The position numbers were made by a program, and so were the translations under genes. Shown piece by piece: positions 1 to 9,491 of a stretch of DNA of 64,000 bases. Below the pieces are notes generated by a model. That model made no database searches and was not told the DNA's origin. It was given only the letters and a program-made list of their open reading frames with translations. Source of the DNA: Bacteroidales bacterium (GTDB lineage: Bacteria; Bacteroidota; Bacteroidia; Bacteroidales; UBA3824); assembly GCA_017544805.1 (NCBI GenBank), contig JAFYDK010000094.1:14966-78965 (forward strand), in the 5' to 3' direction. Within the stretch, counting starts at the first letter, position 1, and each line of letters opens with the position of its first letter.

Positions 1-490
1 AAGAACGAATATAATAAGCCGTATTAAAATCAAGATTATGACACTCACCGGTAAATGAAAATTCATCTTTTGTTGAATCAACTTCAGAAGTTTTCATATA
101 TTTTTTATTCGACATTACAACACAATTAGTACCGTCTACGGTAGGAGATTGATTTGTATGAGAATAAACATATCCGACATCTGTAATAGCATTTCTATCT
201 AAGTCTAATTTTTGGTACTTTGAATATAATTTCAAAAAACAATCAAGAGTTTCTACTTTATTTTTATTATTAATAATAACATCAAAAGTGTTAGCCACAA
301 TTGTATCTGCGGCAGCCTCTCCGTACATAAAAGCACCTTCGCCGGTAACAATAGTTTTAGGAATAGTATCTGCGCCTTTTGTTCTCACATCATTTCGCGT
401 TATAAGATACGCCTCCTCGCCTTGTTCCTTAATACAGCCGGTGGCAACTGCCAACGCCATAATTGCAGAATAAATAAACCTTTTTTTCAT
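1..490 (-). CDS. putative lipoprotein, N-terminal part (gene continues past the left edge)
   Basis: Own minus-strand translation from ATG 490..488 gives MKKRFIYSAIMALAVATGCIKEQGEE..., open to position 1 (163 codons). It has a signal peptide plus a lipobox Cys. It is missing from the ORF track because its stop lies outside the window. The 288..473 + ORF is antisense inside it. Confidence 0.6.
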   Translation of the reverse strand, partial: MKKRFIYSAIMALAVATGCIKEQGEEAYLITRNDVRTKGADTIPKTIVTGEGAFMYGEAAADTIVANTFDVIINNKNKVETLDCFLKLYSKYQKLDLDRNAITDVGYVYSHTNQSPTVDGTNCVVMSNKKYMKTSEVDSTKDEFSFTGECHNLDFNTAYYIRS

Positions 491-585
491 ATCAAAAAAT
501 TTTTTTTCGTTTCAAAATAATAGAATTTTTATGTACTTTAACCAATGCCAAAAATCGTTCCAAAATTTTTAAAAATGCTTAAAAA

Positions 586-2640
586 TTAATTGCTCAAGAT
601 TTTAGCCTCCACCCTGCGGTTGTTTTGTCTGCCTTCGGCCGTGGCATTAGAATCCCTCGGCTGATCGGGTCCGTAACCCTTGGCAACAACTTGATTTTCT
701 TTTACGCCCAAAAGCAATAAATGTTCCCTTACAGCCTCAGCACGTTTTTGCGACAACTGAATGTTATATTGACGGTTGCCCTGATTGTCAGTATGTCCCG
801 AAACCTCTATTACAAGATTAGGATAAAGTCTGAAAACCTCTGCTAAACGCTGCAACTCACCAAAAGACTCTTCCCTTAAATCACTTTTGCCGGTATCAAA
901 AAAGACATTGTTCAACACAACTTTTGAACCCGGATCCATGGGCAAAAGTTTTATATCTTTTTTAATCTCTTGATAAGAAGTGGTTTGAGGAATGTCAAAG
1001 TTTTCGCTGTGAAACAAATAACCGTCTGAAGAAACGGTCATTGCATAGTTTTTACCGGATTCCAACATTACGGTATAATCGCCTGTTTCGGAATCGGTCA
1101 TAATCTGCTGCATCACCTTATTAGTTGCGTTGTCGGTAATGGTAATTTGAGCATAAAGATTTTTAAGACCGTCATAATCAGTAACTTTGCCTTTCACAAC
1201 GGTTAAGCGCATAGTTCTAATAATTTCGGGCTCTTCCAATTTCATAATCGGCTCTTTAGCCAAATCGGCTGCCAAAATAAAAGGAACAATCGGCGGCAGT
1301 TGTACGATAGCCTCATTCAAGAGTAAAACTTTATAAATATCGTAATCGCCTTTTCCGCCCTGCTGTTTTGAACAATAATATCCAATTCTTGACTCACCGG
1401 GAGAGAGTTGAAAAAAGTTTTCGTCAGTACCCGAATTGATTCCTAAACCGAGATTTACGGGTTTGTTCCATTTTCCGTTTTTGTAAGAGGTTTTCAAAAT
1501 ATCGAAACCGCCGACGCTCAACTGACCGTCTGAGGCAAAATAAATAACAGTGTCGTTGCTGCCAAAAGTTGCCCAAACTTCGTTGTATTGAGAATTAACA
1601 ACTTCGCCCAAATTTTGAGGTTTGCCATATTTTCCGCCCTTTGAACGCATTTTTTTAGCATACCAAATATCAAAACCGCCTTGACCATTTCCCTTGTCGG
1701 TACAAAACAAAATCATTGACGAATCTTTTGAAAATGAGAGCGATACAACTTTTTTCATGATTTTTCCGGCAGAGAGAAATTTGGAATTTTCGCTCTTACG
1801 GTAAAACTGAAAAATTTTTTTCTCTTTTTTTAATACGAACATTCTAAGACCGTTAAGATTCATATTAACGGGATAATCAGAACAAGATTTGTTAAGTTTT
1901 TTCTGAGGGTTTTTCAAATCGACGAATTTGCCGTTTTGAGCTTTAGCAAAGAAAATATCAGAATTAGGATCGCCGTCTTTTCCGATTTTTTTAGAAACGT
2001 TGCCTTCCAAGACTTTAGAGCCGAAATACAACGACGAATCCAAATTAGAAAAAACAGGAGCAAGTTGCGGCATCTCGTTATTAACCTCGCCGTCAACCCA
2101 CTGAACGACAGCCAAATCAGGAACATCTTTCAGCATAATTCCCAAATCGCACTGCGTTAATCTCAAGGCAACGGAATTTCTTAAAATTTTAGCAGTTTTT
2201 TTATCAAACATACTTGAACATTCGTCCAAATCGCGGCGGGCGTCCTCAAACATATTAAGATGCTGTTTTGAAACACCGAGCCAATACTGACAATCCGGCG
2301 CAACAGACGACGAAAAATCATAAGCATCAGTCAAATGTCTTAACGCAAGGTAGTCAAAACCCGACATCAACTCGCTAACGCCGCATCTAAAAAGCAGCGG
2401 AGCGTACATTTCATTGTAATCCAATGCCATCAAATAATTAGCGGCGGCAATTCTGTAATGCCCAACACCGCCTTGTTTGTAATGTTTGTTACCGATTTTA
2501 ACAGCCTTCCAAGCCTCTTTTTTGCCGGCATCTATATTCAAAAATTCGCTTTTTTTGATTTTTGGAGCTGACTGCGAAAACGCTTGAGCGAAAAAACAAG
2601 CCGCAAAAATCAATGTCAGCACTAAATAATTTCGTTTCAT
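586..2640 (-). CDS. OmpA-family envelope protein: TPR-like N-terminus + PD40/TolB-like beta-propeller + CarboxypepD_reg-like sandwich + OmpA_C peptidoglycan-binding domain (PorE-like architecture)
   Basis: 684 aa with signal peptide MKRNYLVLTLIFAACFFAQA. PD40-type repeats are present (FDIWYAKK, GGFDILKTSYKNGKWNKPVNLG, GDYDIYKV). The C-terminal OmpA_C signature is NNVFFDTGKSDL..VSGHTDNQGN..YN..LSQKRAEAV..GYG. Confidence 0.85.
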   Translation of the reverse strand: MKRNYLVLTLIFAACFFAQAFSQSAPKIKKSEFLNIDAGKKEAWKAVKIGNKHYKQGGVGHYRIAAANYLMALDYNEMYAPLLFRCGVSELMSGFDYLALRHLTDAYDFSSSVAPDCQYWLGVSKQHLNMFEDARRDLDECSSMFDKKTAKILRNSVALRLTQCDLGIMLKDVPDLAVVQWVDGEVNNEMPQLAPVFSNLDSSLYFGSKVLEGNVSKKIGKDGDPNSDIFFAKAQNGKFVDLKNPQKKLNKSCSDYPVNMNLNGLRMFVLKKEKKIFQFYRKSENSKFLSAGKIMKKVVSLSFSKDSSMILFCTDKGNGQGGFDIWYAKKMRSKGGKYGKPQNLGEVVNSQYNEVWATFGSNDTVIYFASDGQLSVGGFDILKTSYKNGKWNKPVNLGLGINSGTDENFFQLSPGESRIGYYCSKQQGGKGDYDIYKVLLLNEAIVQLPPIVPFILAADLAKEPIMKLEEPEIIRTMRLTVVKGKVTDYDGLKNLYAQITITDNATNKVMQQIMTDSETGDYTVMLESGKNYAMTVSSDGYLFHSENFDIPQTTSYQEIKKDIKLLPMDPGSKVVLNNVFFDTGKSDLREESFGELQRLAEVFRLYPNLVIEVSGHTDNQGNRQYNIQLSQKRAEAVREHLLLLGVKENQVVAKGYGPDQPRDSNATAEGRQNNRRVEAKILSN

Positions 2641-2651
2641 CTTAAAAAAAA

Positions 2652-3677
2652 CTATTGTTTTTCGATTAAATGTTTTGCAACACGCTTGTCGGCCTCTGCG
2701 CCTTTTAGATTGAATTGCAATTCTTTAGCGTTAGCCCTATTGTTGTAAGCAGCAATATTGTTGTAATCTTTTTCGATGGCTTTGGTGTAATATTGTTCAG
2801 CCTCGGCGTATTTTTTTTGTTCCATCAACATATTGCCGTAATTGATGTAAGCATCAGGATTTTTCGGATATTTTTCGATGCAGGTATTAAAATCCTTGAT
2901 TGCAAGTTTATATTTTTTGGCTCTGACATACATATTTGCACGGTCGTTGAGATAAATGACTTCGTTTTCGGTGTCAATTTCCATTGCGGAATTAATATCC
3001 TCGATTGCGCCGTTAAAATTGTTTTGAGCGGCCTTTACCTCAGAGCGCAATGTGTAAATAAAAACAGCGTTAGGTTTTATTTCCAAAGCCTTGGTATAAT
3101 CCTCTAACGCAGCTTTCAGATTTCCCTGACGGAAACGGGCAGCAGCTCTGTCGCAATAAGCGTATGCAAATTTTTCGTTACATTTGATAGCCTCCGTAAA
3201 AGATTTTTCAGCCAAAGCGTATCTTTCTTCCATGAAATAAACATAACCGTAATAATATTGAATTTCGCTTTTGTTATAATCCATTAATTCGGCTTTACGC
3301 ACCATTTTGTAAGCGTTTTCAAAATTTTTGAGCCTTGCATGAGCAATTGCCCTTGCCAAATAATACTGAGGCTTTGCCCTATCGGAGATAACGGCATCGG
3401 TTAAATCCTGAAGAGCCTCTTTGTTCATTTGTTTTTCCAAATAAATGATTCCTCGGTTGTAAAGAGCTTTTGAATATCTCGGAGCATATCCCAACGCCCT
3501 TGAAAAATTTTCCAAAGATTTGTCCAAATCTCTTTTGTTAGCATCCGTAATTCCCTGATTATAAGCTAATGCGCCGTCCTGACCGCCGAGCACGACAATA
3601 GTTTCACTCGTATCGGTCTGCGCAAAAACGGTGGCAGAAAAAAACAGAAAAATAAAAAACAATTTGTTGAATTTCAT
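2652..3677 (-). CDS. secreted tetratricopeptide-repeat protein
   Basis: 341 aa with signal peptide MKFNKLFFIFLFFSATVFAQ, followed by about 7 consecutive 34-aa TPR units. It sits 11 nt upstream of the OmpA-family gene on the same strand. Confidence 0.8.
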   Translation of the reverse strand: MKFNKLFFIFLFFSATVFAQTDTSETIVVLGGQDGALAYNQGITDANKRDLDKSLENFSRALGYAPRYSKALYNRGIIYLEKQMNKEALQDLTDAVISDRAKPQYYLARAIAHARLKNFENAYKMVRKAELMDYNKSEIQYYYGYVYFMEERYALAEKSFTEAIKCNEKFAYAYCDRAAARFRQGNLKAALEDYTKALEIKPNAVFIYTLRSEVKAAQNNFNGAIEDINSAMEIDTENEVIYLNDRANMYVRAKKYKLAIKDFNTCIEKYPKNPDAYINYGNMLMEQKKYAEAEQYYTKAIEKDYNNIAAYNNRANAKELQFNLKGAEADKRVAKHLIEKQ

Positions 3678-3703
3678 ACCTTATAATTTTTTATTACTAT
3701 TAG

Positions 3704-6700
3704 CTACAAATATTTTTTGATTGCCGGGACAGTTGTAACAATCAAATCAAAATAATCTTTTTCTTTATCCAAAATCATTTTAGCCATACCCGGCATACCT
3801 TGCATAAAATACTTCAAACAAGTATATCCTCTTGACAAGACTGCCAAATCAGGAGATTTGATTTCTTTAGCCATTTTGTAAGCCTCATCAAAACAACGCT
3901 CTGCGATTTCAAAATTTTGAAATTTATTGAGCATGATTTCGCCTTGAGCCAAAAGGCTTACAACATATTTTTGAGTATCGTTTTCTTTTTCAAAATCCAA
4001 AAGTTCTTTATAATCAGCAACAACCTCATCCATTTTGGCAAAAGAACTTTTAGCAACGGCCTTCAAATCAGCAGCTTTCATAAAAGCGGCATCGTCTTTT
4101 TCGGCTTTAGCGATTTTTTCGGCGTTTTCGAGATATTCCACGGCAATTTTAGCGAAAGTCTTATCAGGAAAAACCTCTGAAACGTTATCCGCGTATTTCA
4201 AATCGTCAGAAAGCAGCAAAACGGCAAAATCGTAATAAACCTCGCCCATTGCTTCCCAATTGTCGGTATTTTCACCTGCCAAAGCAATTGCCTTTGAAAT
4301 CATTTCAAACATTTTGCCATATTCTGAAAGTCGAAAATAAATTGATGCTAAAGATTTATAAATCTGAATTTTAACCTCACCACTTGAAACCTTGAGTTCT
4401 TTTAAAAGTTTTTTAAGAAAACCTAAAGCTTTTTTGTCCTCACCGTTAGAATAATAAAGCAATGCAAGATTTTCAAGACAGATTATCGGCTGAATTTCAT
4501 CGTCGGCATTTTTGAAAAACGTATAAGCCATATCGGTATATTTTGCGACCTCACGGTAATCAAAACCGGCTTTAAGGCTGTTTTGAGCGATGTCCAAAGC
4601 CGTATCGCCTTTTTCGTACTCGGAGTCAAAATCTTTCAATCCGTCAAGGACTTTGCGGTAATAAGAGGCAGCCTCAGGATATTGTTCGAGCCTTTCGTAC
4701 ATTAAGGCTACGTTTTTGAGATTGTTGATAATACCGTCAGTATAATTGATTTTTTTGTAATTCTCGTAAGCCTGATGATAAAATTTTATAGCCTCACGGA
4801 ATCTTGACATCGTATCGTAAGTATAGCCGATATTGTTGTAAACGTATGCAGTTTGTTGAATATCACCGTTTTCGATATAAATATCCGCTGCCGAAAGATA
4901 ATTATGTACGGCACTATCATAATCCTTAATATCGTAAAAAGCATCAGAGGCCATCAAATAATATTTTGCAGCCTCAACATCGTTTTTATGAGCATCTTCG
5001 ATAATTTTAGCGGCCTTCAAAATAAGTTCGATACCTTTTTGATTTTCGCCCAAATAGTTATGAAACTCACCCGCTGAATAATAACATTTAGCTTTTAAAT
5101 ATACGTCGCTGACTTGCTCGGCAGTTTCAAGAGCCAAAGTGTAATATTTTTTAGCGGAAAAGTTGTCGCCCAAAGCCTCTCCGTTTTCGGGATTTGACAT
5201 AAAATCGGCAATGTCGGTATATTTTTGAGCAAGACTTTCAAAATCGCCTTCCTCTTTGAAAATATCCGCTAATTGCAAATGATTCAAAAGTGCCTCTTCC
5301 TTGCGTCCTGTATATTCGTAAATCAATGCAATAAAATCCAAACTCAAATAACGGAATTTGTTAGTCGGATTGCTTTTCAAAAAGTATTCAACAGCCTTTT
5401 TAAAATTTTTCAGAGCCTCTTTATAATTTTCCGAATCTTTTTGAACACAAGCCAAATAGAAACTACAAAGTCCCAAACCTTCGATATAGCCGCTTGTCTG
5501 ACAAATTTCTTGAGCCTCCTGAAGAACTCTTTCCGCTCTCTGAAATTCTGAATCCAATCTCAAAACATCAGAGGCTTTGCACAAGGCTTGAGCGGCACTA
5601 TTATAATTACCTGATTTTTTGTAAGTTTCAGAGGCTTCAAGAAAGTATTTGACTGCCTCGGAATAATTCTGAACTTGAGTATAAGCATGAGCAAGGATTT
5701 CCAAATTAGCCGCAAGACTTGACATATCATTTTTTTTCCTGTCACACTCCGTTGCCTTGCGATAACAATCCGCCGCCTTGAGAAAATCTTTTTTGCGCTC
5801 GTAAACCGTGCCTAAATTCACATAATTAAGACTTTGAGAGGCAGTATCATACAATTGTTCGTTAATATCCAATGCCAAAGTATAACATCTCAAGGCGAAA
5901 TCATTATTCTCCAATACAAGATACATATTTCCCATATCGTTGAGGATTTCAGCCTGCTCTTTGTTCAAAGCGTTTTCTCTTGCCAAAGTAAGGGCATTGT
6001 TAAAAAATTCCATACCTTTGGCAAAGTTTTGTTGACAGCAATACAAATTGGCTAAAATATGATAATAATCGATTTTTTCATCGACCCTCATAAAATTTTC
6101 ATCGCATTTGAGATAATATTTTTCGGCGTTTTCGAGGTCTTCTTTAACAAAACACAAATCGCCTAAATCCATAAAAACATCAATCAAACCCGCCTGAAAG
6201 CCTAAGCCTGAATAAATTCCGCCCGCTTTCAAGAAATATTGTTCGGCTTGTTGATATTTGCCTTGTTTGCCTAAAATTTCAGCGATGCTTATAGAAATAG
6301 AGGCTTCAAGTCTTAATTTATCGAAACAGGAAATTATGTTCAAGGCTCTATAATAAAAATCCAAAGCCTCGTCGTCGAAGCCGTTTATCGCCTGCAAAAC
6401 TCCTAAATAATAATAACAAATACCCACAAGAGCCATATCAGAATATTGAATACCCAGTTGAAGGGCTTTTCTGATATACAAATTAGCTAACTCCGGCGAG
6501 TTTGTCTCGGCATAAACCAAGCCCATGTAACAAAAATATTGCGCATACTCGGCGTAACATTTTTCTTCCAAAAAAGTAACTTCGGTATAAACAAGATTGC
6601 TTTCGGCATCATCGTATAATTTGCGCTGAAAATCCAAAACGCCAATATTCAAACGCGCCTTTGCAAGAGCTAACTTATTGTTTAATTTAATTGCCGTTTT

Positions 6701-8317
6701 TTCTGCGTATTTAAACAAAACCATTGCTCTGTTTAATTCGTTGAGATAAGTATACGGCATACCTAAATAATTATTAGAAATAGAAATTAAAAGTTCATCA
6801 CCCGTTTTTTCGGCATATTCGACGGCAGTGGAAAAACTTTCAATCGAACCTTTAAAATCGCTTAAAGCAAGCTCCTCAAGACCTTTACGGGAATAAGCCT
6901 TAGATTTTTTTTCGTTACCGAGTTTGAATTTTTCAGCGGTTTTTATCATCAAAAGTGCAAAATCCAAAGCTTTTTTAAAATAACTCAACCTATCGAAAGC
7001 AGCATTTTTAAGCCTGTAAACCTCGTAAAGTGCCTCTCCGTATCCGTCCTCTTGGTTAGGGAAAATTTCATCAAGACTATTATAAACATGGTCTGACAAA
7101 TCGTCTAACTCCTTCATTCTGTACTCTTGAAGACAATATTCAAGCACACCAAAAACTCTTTTTAAATCCTCGTTAGAGAGGCTCTTGAGAAGATAAAAAT
7201 CATAATTTTCGATTTTCTCGGGTTTCAAAAGTTCATTTTTATTGTTATATAACTCTTTTATTTTATGAACATTACATAAAACCTCATCCTTCTTTTCAAA
7301 ACTTTTGTCCAAGAGGAAAGCCTCAATTTTATCACAAAGTTCTATAAGTTTTTTTTCTAAATCGGTATCAAAAATTATATGATTGCAATAATTTTCGCAA
7401 AGTTGTTTTACGACATCAATTCCACCGTAAAAAAATACATCGAATATTTCCTTAGAATTGTCATAAGTATCAATTTTGGCTAATAAATCCGTGATTCTAA
7501 CATTTTCCAACAACAAAAGCGAAACATTATCCAAAAACAAATAACTCACAATCTTGTAAACACCGTCCTCCTGATAAACTACTCCGCTTTGAATCAGATA
7601 ATTAAAAACCTCATTGATAACAAAAGGATTACCCATAGAAAACCTTTGAATCCTATTTGCCAAATCGTTTTCAAAATTATTTTTAGGAAATTTCTGATTA
7701 ATCAGCCACAAAATATCGGCGAGTTTAATGCCCGAAAGATTTATAGTAACAGAATTTTTAGGATTTTCATCAGCTGAACAGAAAAATTCTTCAAGGTTAG
7801 AAATCAGCGGCTCAGAGAGATATTTGTAATTAAAAAAAACGTCTGTCGTCGGCGTTGAGGTAAAAATCATCAAAATTTTGTAAGGATTTTTTCCCAACGA
7901 AGCAATCAAAGTTTTTATCACGCTACGGCTCTCAGCATCAACAAAACTGCCGTTATCCACAGCCAAAACAATGATTTTCTCCTCTGACTTTTGCCTTAAA
8001 AATTTATCAATATTATAACCCGTTTCTTCGGGTCTTTGTGATAAATAATTATCAAGACTGCCGAAAAAATCTTCATTTTGCGTTATAATTTTATAACTGC
8101 TGCATACAGGATAATGCCCTACTAAAAATCGTAAAATATAACAATCTTTATCTTCGATGCTCTCGAGAAAATTCTCCAAAAGAGAAGTTTTTCCTACACA
8201 CAAAACGCCGTGAATAAATACAGCCTGTCCGTCTCCTAAGGCCGCTTTATCAAAGGCTTGACTCAAAATACTGAGTTCTACATCCCGTCCGATAAAAGTA
8301 TTCGCTTTTCTAACCAT
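3704..8317 (-). CDS. STAND-type (AAA_16) P-loop NTPase fused to a >1,000-aa TPR array; no recognisable effector or DNA-binding domain
   Basis: 1537 aa with ATG at 8317..8315 and no signal peptide. Motifs: FIGRDVELSIL..GQAVFIHGVLCVGKTSLLENF (Walker A), IIVLAVDNGSFVDAESRSV (Walker B, DDLHWAD-like) and MGNPFVINEVFNYL (the GNPFF motif typical of AAA_16 ATPases). Residues ~430-1537 are continuous TPR-like repeats. Confidence 0.75.
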   Translation of the reverse strand: MVRKANTFIGRDVELSILSQAFDKAALGDGQAVFIHGVLCVGKTSLLENFLESIEDKDCYILRFLVGHYPVCSSYKIITQNEDFFGSLDNYLSQRPEETGYNIDKFLRQKSEEKIIVLAVDNGSFVDAESRSVIKTLIASLGKNPYKILMIFTSTPTTDVFFNYKYLSEPLISNLEEFFCSADENPKNSVTINLSGIKLADILWLINQKFPKNNFENDLANRIQRFSMGNPFVINEVFNYLIQSGVVYQEDGVYKIVSYLFLDNVSLLLLENVRITDLLAKIDTYDNSKEIFDVFFYGGIDVVKQLCENYCNHIIFDTDLEKKLIELCDKIEAFLLDKSFEKKDEVLCNVHKIKELYNNKNELLKPEKIENYDFYLLKSLSNEDLKRVFGVLEYCLQEYRMKELDDLSDHVYNSLDEIFPNQEDGYGEALYEVYRLKNAAFDRLSYFKKALDFALLMIKTAEKFKLGNEKKSKAYSRKGLEELALSDFKGSIESFSTAVEYAEKTGDELLISISNNYLGMPYTYLNELNRAMVLFKYAEKTAIKLNNKLALAKARLNIGVLDFQRKLYDDAESNLVYTEVTFLEEKCYAEYAQYFCYMGLVYAETNSPELANLYIRKALQLGIQYSDMALVGICYYYLGVLQAINGFDDEALDFYYRALNIISCFDKLRLEASISISIAEILGKQGKYQQAEQYFLKAGGIYSGLGFQAGLIDVFMDLGDLCFVKEDLENAEKYYLKCDENFMRVDEKIDYYHILANLYCCQQNFAKGMEFFNNALTLARENALNKEQAEILNDMGNMYLVLENNDFALRCYTLALDINEQLYDTASQSLNYVNLGTVYERKKDFLKAADCYRKATECDRKKNDMSSLAANLEILAHAYTQVQNYSEAVKYFLEASETYKKSGNYNSAAQALCKASDVLRLDSEFQRAERVLQEAQEICQTSGYIEGLGLCSFYLACVQKDSENYKEALKNFKKAVEYFLKSNPTNKFRYLSLDFIALIYEYTGRKEEALLNHLQLADIFKEEGDFESLAQKYTDIADFMSNPENGEALGDNFSAKKYYTLALETAEQVSDVYLKAKCYYSAGEFHNYLGENQKGIELILKAAKIIEDAHKNDVEAAKYYLMASDAFYDIKDYDSAVHNYLSAADIYIENGDIQQTAYVYNNIGYTYDTMSRFREAIKFYHQAYENYKKINYTDGIINNLKNVALMYERLEQYPEAASYYRKVLDGLKDFDSEYEKGDTALDIAQNSLKAGFDYREVAKYTDMAYTFFKNADDEIQPIICLENLALLYYSNGEDKKALGFLKKLLKELKVSSGEVKIQIYKSLASIYFRLSEYGKMFEMISKAIALAGENTDNWEAMGEVYYDFAVLLLSDDLKYADNVSEVFPDKTFAKIAVEYLENAEKIAKAEKDDAAFMKAADLKAVAKSSFAKMDEVVADYKELLDFEKENDTQKYVVSLLAQGEIMLNKFQNFEIAERCFDEAYKMAKEIKSPDLAVLSRGYTCLKYFMQGMPGMAKMILDKEKDYFDLIVTTVPAIKKYL

Positions 8318-8456
8318 CTGTTATTCAATACAATAAACTTTCCTCTTAAGCCCGATTATAATCGGATAAAATTATTAAATATCCTCAAGAGTACCAAATT
8401 TTTTTTTAGTTTAAACAAAAAATGATTAAAATTGCAGATTATTTTTGGTTAATAAC

Positions 8457-9491
8457 ATGAAAAAAGCAGTTAAATTAATAAGTTTCACGGCTGGATTTTT
8501 AATTCTTGCCGCATCAATTACGGGTTACATTATATACCGTAAAGTTTTTTCGCCGAACATTTTTTTAAACGGCAAAAATTATCTTTATATTCCGCAAGAT
8601 GCTGATTTCAACACTGTTAAAGATTCTCTTTACGCCAATTTCCGTGTAGAAGACAAAACAATGTTTGAATTTACGGCTCAAAGGAAAAACTACACCAACA
8701 AAATTAAACCCGGACGTTATAAAATTCAAGACGGCATGAGCAACAACGCACTTATAAACCTTTTGCGTTCGGGAGAGCAGTCGCCGGTAAATCTTACTTT
8801 CAATAATATCCGTACAATCAAGCAGTTATGTTCAAAGGTTTCGCATCAAATCGACATTGACAGCAATTATCTTTACTCACTTTTGCAGGACGATAATTTT
8901 ATGAACAAATACGGTTTTGACCACATGAGTTGTTCGGCAATGTTTATTCCCGATACTTATCAAATGTATTGGAACACTTCAGCTGAAAAATTTATCGAAA
9001 AAATGTACGGTTATTATCAAAAGTTTTGGAACGAGGAACGCAAAGCCAAAGCCTCTAAAATAAATTTAACACCGTTAGAGGTCAGCACATTAGCCTCGAT
9101 AGTTCAAATGGAACAAGCTCAACACAAAGAAGAACAACCGATAATCGCAGGGCTTTATATCAACCGTTTAAAAATCGGAATGCCGCTTCAAAGCTGTCCG
9201 ACACTAATTTTTGCGTTAGGCGATTTTTCCATAAAAAGAGTTTCTGGAAAAATGCTTGAAACCGACTCGCCTTACAACACTTACAAAAATCCGGGACTTC
9301 CGCCCTCTCCTATCTGTTTTCCTGAAGAAAGCGCATTAAAGGCCGTTCTTGATTATGAACACAACGATTATTTGTATATGTGCGCAAAGAGCGACTTTAG
9401 CGGATACCACTTTTTCTCAAAGAGTTACGAAGAGCAAAAACGGCACGCTAAAGATTTTCAAAAAGAACTTGACAGAAAAGGGATTCATTAA
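8457..9491 (+). CDS. mltG: endolytic murein transglycosylase MltG (YceG-like)
   Basis: N-terminal TM anchor, then the YceG core LASIVQMEQAQHKEEQPIIAGLYINRLKIGMPLQSCPT...SPYNTYKNPGLPPSPICFPE. The ORF-track start at 8445 is TTG; I prefer the ATG at 8457 (MKKAVK). Confidence 0.85.
   Translation: MKKAVKLISFTAGFLILAASITGYIIYRKVFSPNIFLNGKNYLYIPQDADFNTVKDSLYANFRVEDKTMFEFTAQRKNYTNKIKPGRYKIQDGMSNNALINLLRSGEQSPVNLTFNNIRTIKQLCSKVSHQIDIDSNYLYSLLQDDNFMNKYGFDHMSCSAMFIPDTYQMYWNTSAEKFIEKMYGYYQKFWNEERKAKASKINLTPLEVSTLASIVQMEQAQHKEEQPIIAGLYINRLKIGMPLQSCPTLIFALGDFSIKRVSGKMLETDSPYNTYKNPGLPPSPICFPEESALKAVLDYEHNDYLYMCAKSDFSGYHFFSKSYEEQKRHAKDFQKELDRKGIH

Noticed and set aside
288-473. A 61-aa + strand ORF at the left edge.
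   Set aside because: It sits inside a longer minus-strand frame (1..490) that has a proper ATG, signal peptide and lipobox. The + ORF has no such features.
3704-8317. Confidently calling the STAND ATPase-TPR protein an Avs/NLR-type antiphage protein.
   Set aside because: I could recognise no nuclease, protease, TIR, Sir2 or other effector domain at either terminus. The neighbours are envelope proteins rather than mobile or defence genes. It stays as an open question in the findings, not as a call.
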